64,000 nucleotides of DNA from an uncultured delta proteobacterium (GCA_963808625.1 CAWEHK010000044.1:1-64000), one strand, 5' to 3'; shown: positions 1 through 11,816, numbered from the stretch's first letter. Notes: generated by a model not told the origin, from the sequence alone. A program made the numbers and translations.

Positions 1-275
1 CCCTGAAAGGGTTTGATAAATCGTTGTGTCGGTATGTTTTATGTAACCCCTTCAGGGTAGATATTCGTATTGTGCTTGGCCCCCAGGGTCAGCGACAGCG
101 CCACCCTGGGATGGCAAAGCCCAATCCCATTTTCCCTTACCCTGAGAGGGTTTGATAAATCGTTGTGTCGGTATGTTTTATGTAACCCCTTCAGGGTAGA
201 TATTCGTGTTGTGCTTGGCCCCCAGGGTGGCGCTATTGCTGACCCTGGGCTTATTTATCGAGCCCCTTCACGGCA
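1..275. repeat. Palindromic REP-like repeat cluster (CCCTGAAGGGG / CCCAGGGT..ACCCTGGG family)
   Basis: An ~89-bp unit occurs twice (1-89 and 140-228). The same motif family recurs at ~36260-36500. Confidence 0.75.
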
Positions 276-505
276 AAAAGTTAGCTTGATGCATATGAGG
301 TGTGACCCGCTTCTCTCCGCTCATCAAGCTACCCCCTCTCGTCACCCACTATGTTGACCCGCCTTCCAAAGCACCGTCCCGGGCTTAAGTCTTGATTCTT
401 TCCCCCATCTGTGGTTCTCTCCTGGCACTGGAGCAGTACATAACCCCCACACAGGACCGCTCCTAAACCGATACAGTCCCAATCTCGGAGGGAGCTTTCC
501 AGGGC

Positions 506-2530
506 ATGAACAATTTCGGGGAAAAGGTCAGTTTCATCTGGTCCGTGGCGGACCTGCTGCGGGGGCCGTACCGGCCGAACCAGTACAAGGACGTGATGCT
601 GCCGATGACCGTCCTGCGCCGGCTGGATTGCGTGCTGGAGCCGACCAAGGAGAAGGTGCTCGCGAGGCTCAAGCGCTACCAGGCGGCAAGGTCAAGAACC
701 TCGAGCCGATCCTGAACCGGGTCGCCGGGCAGTCCTTCCACAACACCAGCCGGTTCACCTTCGAGAAGCTCAAGGGCGACCCGGAACAACATCGCCGCCA
801 ACCTCACCCAGTACATCAAGGGCTTCTCCATCGTGCCCGGGAGATCATCGAGCACTTCGGGTTCGAGGAGCACATCGCCAAGCTGGACAAGGCCGACCGG
901 CTCTTCCTGGTGGTCTCGAAGTTCTGCGAGATCGACCTGCACCCGGACGAGGTGTCCAACATCGAGATGGGCTACATCTTCGAGGAACTGATCCGGCGGT
1001 TCAACGAGGCCAGCAACGAAGAGGCCGGGGACCACTTCACCCCCCGCGAGGTCATCCGCCTGATGGTCAACCTGCTCTTCGCGCCCGATGACGACATCCT
1101 GACCACCAAGGGCATCGTCCGGACCCTCTACGACCCGGCCTGCGGCACGGGCGGCATGCTCTCCGTGGCCGAGGAGTACCTGCGGGAACTGAACCCCGAC
1201 GCCCGCCTGGAGGTCTTCGGCCAGGACTACAACGCCCAGTCCTACGCCATCTGCGGCTCGACATGATGATCAAGGGCCAGAACCTCGACAACATCAGGTT
1301 CGGCGACAGCTTCACCCAGGACGACTTCGCCGGCAAGAAGTTCGACTACATGCTCGCCAACCCGCCGTTCGGCGTGGAGTGGAAGCCGGAAGAGGACTGT
1401 CATCCGCAAGGAGCACGAGGAACAGGGGTACGGCGGCCGTTTCGGGGCGGGCCTGCCGCGCATCAACGACGGCTCGCTGCTGTTCCTCCAGCACATGATC
1501 AGCAAGATGAAGCGACCCGAAGGAGGGCGGCACGCGCCTGGCCATCGTCTTCAACGGTTCGCCGCTGTTCACCGGGCGGCGGGGTCGGGCGAGAGCGAGA
1601 TCCGCCGCTGGATCATCGAGAACGACTGGCTGGAGGCCATCGTCGCCCTGCCCGACCAGCTCTTCTACAACACGGGCATCAGCACCTACATCTGGATCGT
1701 CACCAACCGCAAGCAGAGGCACCGCCGGGGCAAGATCCAGCTCATCGACGCCGCGGACTTCTTCGTCAAGATGCGGAAGAGCCTCGGCAACAAGCGCAAC
1801 GAGATCGGGACGGCGAAAATGGAAGCCCGACCAGATCGCGGAGATCACCCGGCTCTACGGCGAGTTCAAGGAGGGCGAGCACGTCCGGATCTTCGACAAC
1901 GACGACTTCGGCTACCGGCGGATCACGGTCGAGCGGCCGCTGCGGCTGAACTTCGCCGTGACTGACGAGCGGCTCGGCGGGTGCAGCGAATGCGGCCCGT
2001 TCGCTGGCCTGGCCACCAGCAAGAAGCGCAAGGACAGCGGCGCCGAAGCCGAGATCGCCGAGGGCAAGAAGCTCCAGGAGGCGATCCTCAAGGCCCTGCA
2101 GCCGCTGGCGAGCCATGGCCTGATCAAGAACCGGGAGGAGTTTGCCGCCAGGATGCAGGACGCCTTCAGACGTGCCGGGCTGAAGCTCCCTGCTGCGCTG
2201 TTCAAGGCGATCCTGGCCGCTCTGTCGGAGCGGGACGAGACCGCCGACGTCTGCACCGATACCGACGGGAACCCCGAGCCCGACCCCGAACTGCGGGACT
2301 ACGAGAACGTGCCGCTCAAGGAGGACATCCACGAGTACATGAAGCGCGAGGTCCTGCCGCACGTGCCCGATGCCTGGGTGGACGAGGCCAAGACCAAGAT
2401 GGGCTACGAGATCAACTTCAACCGGTACTTCTACAAGTACACGCCACCGCGGCCGCTGGAGGAAATCGAAGCCGACCTCCGGCAGATAGAGGCCGAGATT
2501 GCAGAGCTGTTGTCGGAGGTTGCAGCATAA
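506..2530 (+). CDS. hsdM: Type I restriction-modification methyltransferase subunit M (split by several frameshifts)
   Basis: FIWSVADLLRG N-terminus, HFTPREVI, YDPACGTGGML, ANPPFG motif IV and GYEINFNRYFY C-terminus across consecutive frames. Confidence 0.93.
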
Positions 2531-2633
2531 GCGATAGCTTAAGGATCGCGACGCGGCAATCGTCATTCCGGCTCTGATGGTGCGGGAACCGGATGATGTG
2601 ATCACGTCCATTTGATGATCGAAGCGAGTCAAG

Positions 2634-3026
2634 CGTCATTCCGGCAGTCTCCCTGCTTAGAGCCTGCCGGGACAAGCTTAAGCCGGAATCCAGGAATGCG
2701 CCATGAAGAAACAACCCGCTGTCTACATCCTGGCAAGCAAGAAGAACGGCACCCTTTATGTCGGTGTGACATCAGACCTCATTAAGCGGGTTTGGGAACA
2801 CAGGAATGACTTGGTGGAAGGTTTCAGCAAACGCTATGGCGTCCATCAGCTGGTTTGGTATGAATTACACGAGAGCATGGACTCCGCCATCCGGCGAGAA
2901 AAGCAATTGAAGGAGTGGAAGCGTAAGTGGAAAGTGCAGTTGATTGAGAAGACCAATTCCGGGTGGGAGGACTTATACCCGATGATCATTTGACTGGATT
3001 CCGGCTTAAAGACTGCCGGAATGACG
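2634..3026. mobile_element. GIY-YIG gene bounded by inverted CGTC-type REP palindromes
   Basis: Left end 2634-2693 is the reverse complement of right end 2994-3026 apart from a 27-nt insertion. Confidence 0.6.
2703..2993 (+). CDS. GIY-YIG nuclease (YhbQ/UPF0213-like)
   Basis: VYILAS..NGTLYVGVT.DL..R..EH and AI.REKQLK.WKR.WK motifs. Confidence 0.92.
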   Translation: MKKQPAVYILASKKNGTLYVGVTSDLIKRVWEHRNDLVEGFSKRYGVHQLVWYELHESMDSAIRREKQLKEWKRKWKVQLIEKTNSGWEDLYPMII

Positions 3027-3200
3027 GAGTGATATGTAGGACAGAATGGAGCGCAATTCCGGGCGGAAGGAAGCGGTGCGCAGGAGAGAATGGGGTGATA
3101 TGCGGGGCGGAACGGAGCTGCACGCAGGACTGAGGACGGCAATTCCGGACTGAATGGAGTAGTACGCAGGACAGAATGAAGCACTATGCGGGACAGAATC
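3017..3200. repeat. Degenerate 22-bp tandem repeat
   Basis: Units such as ggacagaatggagcgcaattcc, ggagagaatggggtgatatgcg, ggactgaatggagtagtacgca and ggacagaatgaagcactatgcg. Confidence 0.7.
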
Positions 3201-3429
3201 AGGTGGATGGGTGATTTGACGGAGTCACTCCTGCGTAAAGCTTAGGAGAATATAGTGTCCATTACCCGTGGTCGTCATTCCGGCAATCTTCTAGCCGGAA
3301 TCCAGGGAATTCTTACAGTCTGGATTCCTCCCAGAAACACGTTGCAATGACGAGTGGAATTAGGATCTTCATTAGTGCTGATCTGTACTACGTTAGCGCT
3401 TAAGCCCTCATAGGGGGAGCCTGGGAGAG

Positions 3430-4824
3430 GTGAAATCAGTGGTAAAACAGCTGAATGCACAGCCGAGTGACGTGCCAATCGCTCAACTTGGGTCAGAATG
3501 TCTTGATCCTCTGGGAACCGCATGGATGGGTGCGATCCCGCAAACTTGGTCTGTTCACGCAGCGAAGCGGCATTACGAGATACAACTTGGGAAGATGCTT
3601 CAGAACCATCCAGAGACAGAATTTGACATCCCTGTCCCTTACCTAAAAGCTTTGCATGTTCTTTGGGGAGAAGTCCGGGTTGATGACTTGCCCCGAGATT
3701 GGGGCGAGCCCATCTGATCTAAAGCAATACCAAGTCAGGGATTACGACCTTCTAGTCTGCGAAGGAGGCGAGGTTGGACGGGCAGGAATTGTCAGGTCAT
3801 CACCGCCAAACACAATAATACAGAACTCGTTACATCGTCTCCGCCCTAAGAGTTCAGCCAGTATAGAATTCTTGCGTTATGTATTACAGGCCGTTAGCAG
3901 TTCTGGCTGGTTAGACGTTTTATGCAATAAGGCAACGATATCTCATTTCACACGAGAAAAGCTTGCAGATGCAAGAATACCGATCCCCGAAATCGATCAA
4001 CAGCACGCCATCACCGCCTTCCTCGACCGCGAAACCTCCCGCATCGACTCCCTGATCGCCAAGAAACAGCGCCAGATTGAGCTGCTGAACGAGAAGCGCG
4101 CCGCCCTGATCAGCCGGGCAGTGACCAAGGGACTGAAACCGGATGCGAGGATGAAGGACTCGGGAGTTGAATGGCTGGGTGAGATACCGGAGCACTGGAA
4201 GGTAAAGCGATTGAAATACATCACCCCAGAAATCACCGTCGGAATTGTAATCACACCAGCCAAATACTACGAGAATGAGGGAATACCCTGTCTTCGTTCG
4301 TTAAATGTGAAAGAAAATCAGCTTCTCGATTCTGATCTGGTGTACATTTCTGCTGAAAGCAATGAGCTTCTCTGCAAATCACAGCTGGAAATGGGTGACT
4401 TGGTTCTAGTTCGGACAGGGCAGCCAGGGACAACGGCTGTGGTGATCAGCGTTTTCATCACGCTAACTGCATAGACTTGATCATTGTACGGCAATCGAAT
4501 GAATTTCACTCCTTGTTCTTGTGCTACTACTTGAACTCCAGTGTAACGAAGAGCCTTTACTCGGCCAATTCCACCGGCGCAATCCAGTCCCATTTTAACA
4601 TTGGTACTGCCGGGGAGTCGAGAGTCCCTGAACCACCTCTTGCTGAGCAAGTTCTCATTAGCCAACACCTCAGTGAACAGGAAGGGGCCATTAACCAACT
4701 CACTGGGGCGATCCTTTCTTCTATCGATAAGCTCAAAGAATACCGCACCGCCCTCATCACCGCCGCCGTAACCGGCAAAATCGATGTCCGCCAGGAGGCG
4801 ACACATGCCCGGACAGCACACTGA
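3430..4824 (+). CDS. hsdS: Type I R-M specificity subunit S (frameshifted)
   Basis: Two TRDs, central FLDRETSRIDSLI..MKDSGVEWLGEIPEHW region and C-terminal EYRTALITAAVTGKIDVR. Confidence 0.9.
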
Positions 4825-7801
4825 GCTCGCGTTTGAAGCCGCCATCGAGCACCACCTGCTGACCCAGGCAGGCTACACCCCAGCGGATCGGGAGGCCTTC
4901 TCTCCGGAGCGGGGACTTGACCCCACACTATTCATTGCCTTCGTTCAGGAGACCCAGCCCGACGAGTGGGCATATCTTACGAGCTTCCTCGGGGCGAAAA
5001 CCGAAAAGATACTCCTCGACGACCTCTGTGCGGCCCTCGATGCGGAGCACCAGGGCTGTTTGAACGTCTTGCGCCACGGCTTCAAGTGTCATGGGAAGCT
5101 GATCCGGGCGGCCTACTTTGCCCCGGCGAGTGGGATGAACCCGGAGACGGTCAAGAAATACGCCGCAAACCGCCTCACCGTTACCCGGCAGCTCGATCTA
5201 CAGCACCAGGCACAACAACACGCTCGACCTGGTGTTGAGCCTGAACGGCATTCCCATCGTCACCGCCGAACTGAAGAACCCGATGACCGGCCAGACCTGG
5301 CAAAGTGCCGTCCACCAGTACCAGCATGACCGGGACCCCAGGGACCTCATCTTCGACTTCAAGAAAAGGAGCCTCGTTCACTTTGCGGTGGACCCGGATG
5401 AGGTGTACATGACGACTCGGCTCGCCTGGAAAGCCACCCGGTTCCTGCCGTTCAACCTCGGCAACGGCGCCGGCGCCGGGAACCCGCTGAATCCCGGAGG
5501 GCACAAAACCGCCTACCTCTGGGAGCGGGTGTGGGCGCGGGACAGTCTCCTCGACATCATCGCCCGGTTCATGCATCTCGAGGTCAAAGAAAAGAAGGTT
5601 GGCGCAAAGAAGATCAAGACCGAGGACATGATTTTCCCCCGGTACCACCAGCTCGACTCCGTGCGGAAGCTCATTGCCCATGCCAGTGCCAACGGGGTGG
5701 GCAACAACTACCTCATCCAGCACTCCGCAGGGAGCGGGAAGAGCAACTCGATTGCCTGGCTGGCTCACCGTCTGGCATCGCTTCACAACGACTTCGACGC
5801 CAGGGTGTTTGATTCCGTCATCGTCGTGACCGACCGCCTCGTCCTTGACCAGCAGCTCCAAAACACCATCTACCAGTTCGAGCACAAGCAGGGCGTGGTG
5901 GAAAAAATCGACCAGGACTCCGCACAGCTCGCCAACGCGCTTACGGCCGGGGTTCCCATTGTCGTCACCACCCTCCAGAAATTCCCGTACGCAACGGAGA
6001 AGATGGGCGACCTGCCGGCCCGGAAGTACGCGGTCATCATCGATGAAGCGCACAGCTCCCAGAGCGGTGAGAGCGCCATCGAGATGAAGGGCGTCCTGGC
6101 CGGAGCCGCAATCAAGGAGAAGGCCAAAGAGCAGGCCGAAGAGGAAGGCCTGACCGACACCCAGGAAGAAATCCTCAAAACCATGCTGAAGCGGGGGAAG
6201 CAGCCCAACATCAGCTTCTTCGCTTTCACCGCAACCCCGAAGTACAAGACGCTCGAAGTCTTCGGCCAGCCGGGGCCGGATGGCAAACCCATCCCCTTTC
6301 ATCTCTACAGCATGCGCCAGGCCATTGAGGAAGGCTTTATCCTGGATGTCCTCAAGAACTACACCACGTATAAGACGTATTACGGTCTCATCAAGGCCAT
6401 CGAAGACGATCCGCAGGTGGACAAAAAGAAGGCCGCAAGGGCGCTTGCCCGCTTCATGAGCCTTCACCCTCACAACATTGCCCAGAAGGTCGAAGTCATC
6501 GTCGAGCACTTCCGGCACTTCACCTGTCACAAAATCGGAGGGCGGGCCAAGGCGATGGTGGCCACCTCATCCCGGCTGCATGCGGTGCGCTACAAGCTGG
6601 CTTTTGACAAGTACATTGCGCAAAAGGGATACACGGGCATCAAGTCGTTGGTGGCCTTCTCGGGCACGGTCTTCGATCCCGAGACCCGGATCGAATACAC
6701 CGAAGTCGGGATGAACAAGGGGATCAAAGAGACGGAACTGCCGGAGAAGTTCGACACCGACGAATATCAGGTCCTCCTGGTGGCCGAGAAGTACCAGACC
6801 GGCTTCAACCAGCCCCTGCTGCACACCATGTATGTGGACAAGCGGCTTGCCGGCATCCAGGCGGTGCAGACGCTCTCGCGCCTCAACCGGACGCATCCCG
6901 GCAAGGAGGATACCTTCATCCTGGACTTTGTAAACGAGACCCAGGAAATCCTGGATGCCTTTCAGCCCTATTACGAACAGACCTTCGTGGGGGAACAGGC
7001 GCAGCCCAAAGCAGTTATATGAACTGCAAGCCAAGATGGAGGCGAAACAGGTCTATTACCAAGCGGAGGTGGAAGAGTTCAGCAAGGTCTTCTACAAACG
7101 AAAAGTGACCCAGACGCCCATCGGATCACGCCAAAATGAACGCCTGCATTGACCCGGCGGTTGAGCGTTTTAAGCAGCTCGAAGAAGATGCCCGGGAAGA
7201 ATTTCGGGGCTGGCTCACCGCCTACCGGAACCTGTACTCCTTCCTGGCCCATATCATCCCGTTCCAGGACTCGGACCTGGAGAAGCTTTACTCCTACGTG
7301 CGGTTCCTGGTAACCAAGCTCCCGAAGCCCAGCACTGGGCCGGTCTACCAGTTCGATGACGAAGTGGCCCTCAAATACTACCGCCTGGAAAAGATCAGTG
7401 ATGGCGCCCTGGAACTTCAGGAGGGGGTTGGCGGTTACGTTTCAGGCCCTTCGGAAGTGGGGACGGGGATCAAGCACGGGGAAAAAATCGAGCTCTCCAA
7501 ATTGATCGACCTGCTGAACGAAAGGTTTGGCACCGATTTCAAGCCGGGGGACCAGCTCTTCTTCGATTCCATAAAGGAAGATGCGATGGCCAACCCCACG
7601 CTGCGGCAAGTCGCCCTGGCCAATTCCATGGAGAACTTCGGGTATGTGTTCCTGAAGGAACTGGAGAATCTATTTCTCGACCGCATGACCCAGAACGAGG
7701 AGATCACCGCCCGCTACCTGGACGACCACGAATTTCGTGATGCCGTGGGCCAGAAACTCCTTCAGGAAGTCTACGAGCAAATCCGCATTGCTGAAAACTA
7801 G
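4805..7801 (+). CDS. hsdR: Type I R-M restriction subunit R (frameshifted)
   Basis: NGIPIVTAELKN nuclease motif, QHSAGSGKS Walker A, IIDEAHSSQ, FTATPK and QTLSRLNR. Confidence 0.93.
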
Positions 7802-7960
7802 CGGGGTCACCAACACATTTCACATCCCAAGCCGCTTCTCAATCATTCCAACAGACTTGCGCGCAGGTTCGTTTTGCTTCAACTCTTCACAGCCCGTCTG
7901 GTTGCCTGCGTGTAGCGGCTGATCTTCCTACCCCGTAAGCAGCACCGATCTCTCTGAGTT

Positions 7961-8473
7961 TCAGCTTCTTTGCTTCGTCCGGGTGCGCCTTGTCTTCCTC
8001 GGTGAGGGCGCCTCCGCGGCCGCAGCTTTGTAGTTCGATTCCGGGTCATTGCGGTCGAGCTCGGGTTCCTCGCCCGGTTGGCTTTGGTAGGAAATCGTGG
8101 GGAGAAAGATGGGCGGCCAGGGGCCACGAGAGCTCAGCCCTAATACAAATTCACGGGCAGCGGAATAAAGCATTGACGAGCCCGTGATTCCGACCAGCTT
8201 CTCGGGATCGTGGGGGGTCTCGGGCGCCACTGCAAAAAAGCCCACCACTTGAATATCCAGTTGATATGGCCCAAGGTTCTCTTCAGCAGGGGGAGTCTTG
8301 ATGTCAAGGACCACCTGCCAACGGTTCTCGTCCTCGGCATGGCGCATTAGTCTGACTTCGTTGATCACCTCAACATTCGGACTCTGCTGCTCAACTCCAG
8401 GGTCGAATTCGGAATTGGCAATACACATGATCCTGGAATAGAAATAGCGCTCAAGCTGCAATGGAGCCATCAC
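7961..8473 (-). CDS. SecB-like chaperone (TAC-type)
   Basis: PLQLERYFY N-terminus, PYQLDIQVVGFF, G.SMLYSAAREFV...SSRGPW....LPT; overlaps the antitoxin gene. Confidence 0.75.
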   Translation of the reverse strand: MMAPLQLERYFYSRIMCIANSEFDPGVEQQSPNVEVINEVRLMRHAEDENRWQVVLDIKTPPAEENLGPYQLDIQVVGFFAVAPETPHDPEKLVGITGSSMLYSAAREFVLGLSSRGPWPPIFLPTISYQSQPGEEPELDRNDPESNYKAAAAEAPSPRKTRRTRTKQRS

Positions 8474-8858
8474 CAGCCCTCACTTCCATCCTGTACGATG
8501 CGGCTGCGGGGAGAAAAGCTCCTTGTTCCCAGGTTGGCAGCGCACGGGAGTTTCCCCTGACGACATCGAACCATCGTACCTCATGGGCTTCGGGAGCCAC
8601 ATGCACATGGACTTTCCCATCCACCGCCCTTGCCAGACGAGCCATGGTCTCCACCGTAAAATTGACGTCGCCTCGAAGCGCTTTGGTCACGTAGGCGGGG
8701 GAAACATCCAACCTCCTTGCAAGCTCGCTTCGGCTAATGCCGTTCTTTATCATGAGCCTGTTCAGCTCCTCGGTAAATTCAAGAACAACGGTTGCTGCCC
8801 AGTAGGTTTCCCCCTTCTTCGCTTCTTCAAAAAGCGCCTTGAAAGATTTGTGAGCCAT
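8451..8858 (-). CDS. HigA-like XRE antitoxin with C-terminal extension
   Basis: HTH SRSELARRLDVSPAYVTKALRGDVNFT plus an ~40-aa tail. Confidence 0.8.
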   Translation of the reverse strand: MAHKSFKALFEEAKKGETYWAATVVLEFTEELNRLMIKNGISRSELARRLDVSPAYVTKALRGDVNFTVETMARLARAVDGKVHVHVAPEAHEVRWFDVVRGNSRALPTWEQGAFLPAAASYRMEVRAGDGSIAA

Positions 8859-9030
8859 TTAAGCACCTTCTTCCTTAATAATAATCAACCTTCCAGCTTT
8901 CTTCGCTTCCCGATATCGTTTCCTGAGATCTTCGGCCGCATCAAGCTCCGCTCGTGGCGTCATTCGGGTATCCTTTACAAAACCGCCAGTGCAGATGATC
9001 GTCTTTCCCTCATCATAGAACCACAAGTCA
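8859..9030 (-). pseudogene. HigB/Gp49-like RelE-family toxin, C-terminal fragment only
   Basis: WFYDEGKTIICTGGFVKDTRMTPRAELDAA matches the RelE/Gp49 C-terminal half. No recognisable N-terminal half. Confidence 0.6.
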
Positions 9031-9363
9031 CACCCATCCGCCATTGGCCGGTCACCCATAGCAGATCCTACCATCTGATTCGCACCGACCTGCCCCGAGG
9101 AAGACGGGCTCTCGAACAGTCAAGGGGAGGGATCTTAAAGGTGCGACCCGTCACGCGATCCGAATCATGAGGTCCATCACTGTTTCAAGAGTGCTCGGGT
9201 TGGCAATAAGGCTCGGAGCAATCCGGGCCTTTTGTGTCCCGATTCTTTACTCTTCTTGCACAGGACGTGCACAGGCGGGGCGGCGGCGAGGTTTCAAGCG
9301 CCCTCGAAAGATCTCTTTCCGTGCACAGGGCGTGCACAGGGAAAATTGAAGGTCGGTAAAACT

Positions 9364-9440
9364 TGGTGCCCCCGACACGATTCGAACGTGCGACACCGAG
9401 ATTAGGAATCTCGTGCTCTATCCTCCTGAGCTACGGGGGC
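9364..9440 (-). tRNA. tRNA-Arg(CCT)
   Basis: Reverse complement GCCCCCGTAGCTCAGGAGGATAGAGC...CGAGA-TTCCTAA-TCTCG...GTTCGAATC...GGGGGCACCA; 77 nt with encoded CCA. Confidence 0.96.
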
Positions 9441-9551
9441 ATTTGCGAACATGGAGACTGTCCATAGCACAAGGAATCAAACCCTGTCAATAAGCCCCCT
9501 GAACGGATGAATTTTTGGCCCATAACAGGGTGGAGGGGCCGCGACCGGGCG

Positions 9552-10215
9552 TCAGAAGGTGTATTGCGACCGGCGCTTCTTCTGACTGCGTGAGGTCAAC
9601 CAGCCCAGGAGCCATCCGAAGAGCAGCACAATCGCCCCGGCGATGAACCATCTGATGCGTGCCGAGAACTTCAGGTCCTCGTTTTCCTGGATGAGTGCCT
9701 GCGTGTTTTCTTCTGCCGAGATCAGCGCCGACTTTGACGCCGTCATATTCTTCCTTCAGCTTGACGTAATTGGTCGCTCCGCTCTTGAGTGATTCGTAGG
9801 CGGTTTCTGCCTTTTTGAGCTTCTCCGTGAGGTCTTTTTCTCGTTGGGCCAGGTCCGCTCTTTCTCTTTCGAGACTGACCAGCTTTTCGTGGATCTGGGC
9901 ATTTTCCGCCTGCAACTCTTTGATGAAGCTGCTTTCAGGCGGATAGGCCGCCACCGCACTGTTTTGCACCCAGCCTTCCTTGATTTCACCACCCGGCCCG
10001 GAGAAACGCACCTGGATCCATTCGGCCGTTTTCAGTACTTCCAGGCCCGAGCCGGACGGAAGGGTGGCAAGGACCTTATAGTTCATGCCGGGACCGGCGC
10101 GGAGGGGGGTTTCCTTGGGGTCCGAAACGTAAGCTTTCGCCGCCCAGGTGGCGGCGGGGAACAGAATCATGGCGAGGAAAAATGCGGCGACTACGGAATG
10201 GCGGGTCCTTTTCAT
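9552..10215 (-). CDS. SH3-domain coiled-coil membrane protein (YgiM/TIGR04211-like; frameshifted)
   Basis: Signal peptide, LRAGPG..YKVL SH3b domain, coiled coil, C-terminal TM WFIAGAIVLLFGWLLG. Confidence 0.8.
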
Positions 10216-10320
10216 CTTGTTCGTTCCTCTGGAGTCGTTAATCAATACCAATGGCACTTCTTTGGCCCTCGATCGGGAAAGGCCTGCACAAGTTTGCGGC
10301 AACCGTTAGGATGGCATATC

Positions 10321-10641
10321 TCACTCTTCCGGCGGCCGGCCCCCGACCGGCGGCGAATAGCCGTCTACAATGATCGCCCTGGATATTGTTGATTGCTCCC
10401 TCAGGGGCGCGATCTCGCGATACTCCGCTGAGGCGAAGCATTTTTCCACCTGTTCAGCGGTATCGAATTCTATTAGAATAATGCGCTCGGGATGCCAACC
10501 ACCGGCCACCGGGGTTATCCTTCCCCCGCGAGCCAGATAGCGGCCTCCGTATCGGGACACGAGACCAAATACCTTGTCGACATATCCGGAATACATTTCA
10601 GGATTTTTGACGCTTGTCTCGATGATGAGGTAGACGGGCAT
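10321..10641 (-). CDS. DUF1330 family protein
   Basis: YGGRYLARGG....GGW.P.RIILIEF...Y......R motif. Confidence 0.85.
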   Translation of the reverse strand: MPVYLIIETSVKNPEMYSGYVDKVFGLVSRYGGRYLARGGRITPVAGGWHPERIILIEFDTAEQVEKCFASAEYREIAPLREQSTISRAIIVDGYSPPVGGRPPEE

Positions 10642-11035
10642 AAGATCTCTCTCGCCGTGTGTCCGTTAGGCTCCCGAGGTAGAAACGGGAACAACAGTTC
10701 CAAAGTTCGCGAGGCATTATAGAAGGTGACCGATGGGTAGGCAAGGCAATTTGGCCATGGCAATTCTGTCACGGGATCAACAGGTGACAGATCGAAGCGA
10801 AGGCTGAGTACACCCAGATAAATGGGTGCCCAGCAACCACCCGGCATATGTGTGAAGAGCCTGCACCAGCGAAGGGAAGGGCGGGCATCGGGACTTTTCT
10901 TCTAAATTCCCGCCAAAACCACGCGGGAATGACGGGCTTGGGTAATGGAGCTTTATTCCGTGGCGTTTTACTAAGCATTATGGAACAGCAATTGGGAGCA
11001 CGGAGTATTGAGGAGCAACGACAGAAAGGATCAGG

Positions 11036-11816
11036 ATGTTGATTGACACACATGCCCATCTCGATTTCCCGGAATTCGCCGACGATCTTGAAGCGGTCTT
11101 GGGGCGCGCAAAGACGGCCGGGGTTCACGAGATGGTGACGATTGGGATCAGCCTTGCCAGCAGTGAAAAGGCGGTGGAACTGGCTCGGGTCCACCCTGAA
11201 GTGTATGCCACCGTGGGCATCCACCCTCATGACGCGGCCCCGCTGAGTGAAAAGCAGCTGAAGGCTCTTGAAACCCTCGCTCAGTGCGCCGCGGGTGGTG
11301 GCTCTCGGGGAGGTGGGTCTGGACTACTACCGTGATCGTCAGCCGCGAGCGATCCAGCGACAGTGTCTGCGGCAGCAGATGGAGATCGCCTGCAAGACCG
11401 GGCTGCCGGTGGTGTTCCATGTTCGTGAGGCTCATGCGGAGTTCCTCAGCATCATCACGGACTATACGGCGAGGCTGAGGGGCGGGGTACTGCACTGTTT
11501 TTCAGGGGATTGGACGGTTGCCAAACGCTGTCTGGACCTGGGATTTTACCTCTCCATACCCGGTACGGTCACGTTCCCGAAGGCTCAAACCCAGCAGGAA
11601 GTGGTCAGGCGGGCGCCGCTCGACCGCCTGCTCGTGGAGACCGATGCGCCGTATCTTGCTCCGGTCCCCCATCGCGGGAAGGTCAACGAACCGGCTTTTG
11701 TGCGATACACCGCAGCAAAAGTAGCGGAATTGAGGAACTGCTCCCTGGAAGAGATCGCCCGGCAGACGACTCTTAATGCTCATAAGGTTTTTCGAATCGA
11801 GAAGGCGATAGCTTGA
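11036..11816 (+). CDS. tatD: TatD family DNase (frameshifted)
   Basis: LIDTHAHL, GIHPH, GEVGLDY, GVLHCF and LLVETDAPYL. Confidence 0.92.

Noticed and set aside
3017..3200. CRISPR array
   Set aside because: Units are only 22 bp, repeats are degenerate, variable parts are ~9 nt and no cas genes are present.
5181..6530. Long antisense ORFs (also 16522-17715, 47089-48117, 51266-52324, 59557-60549)
   Set aside because: Shadow frames of GC-rich genes on the opposite strand, with no recognisable motifs.
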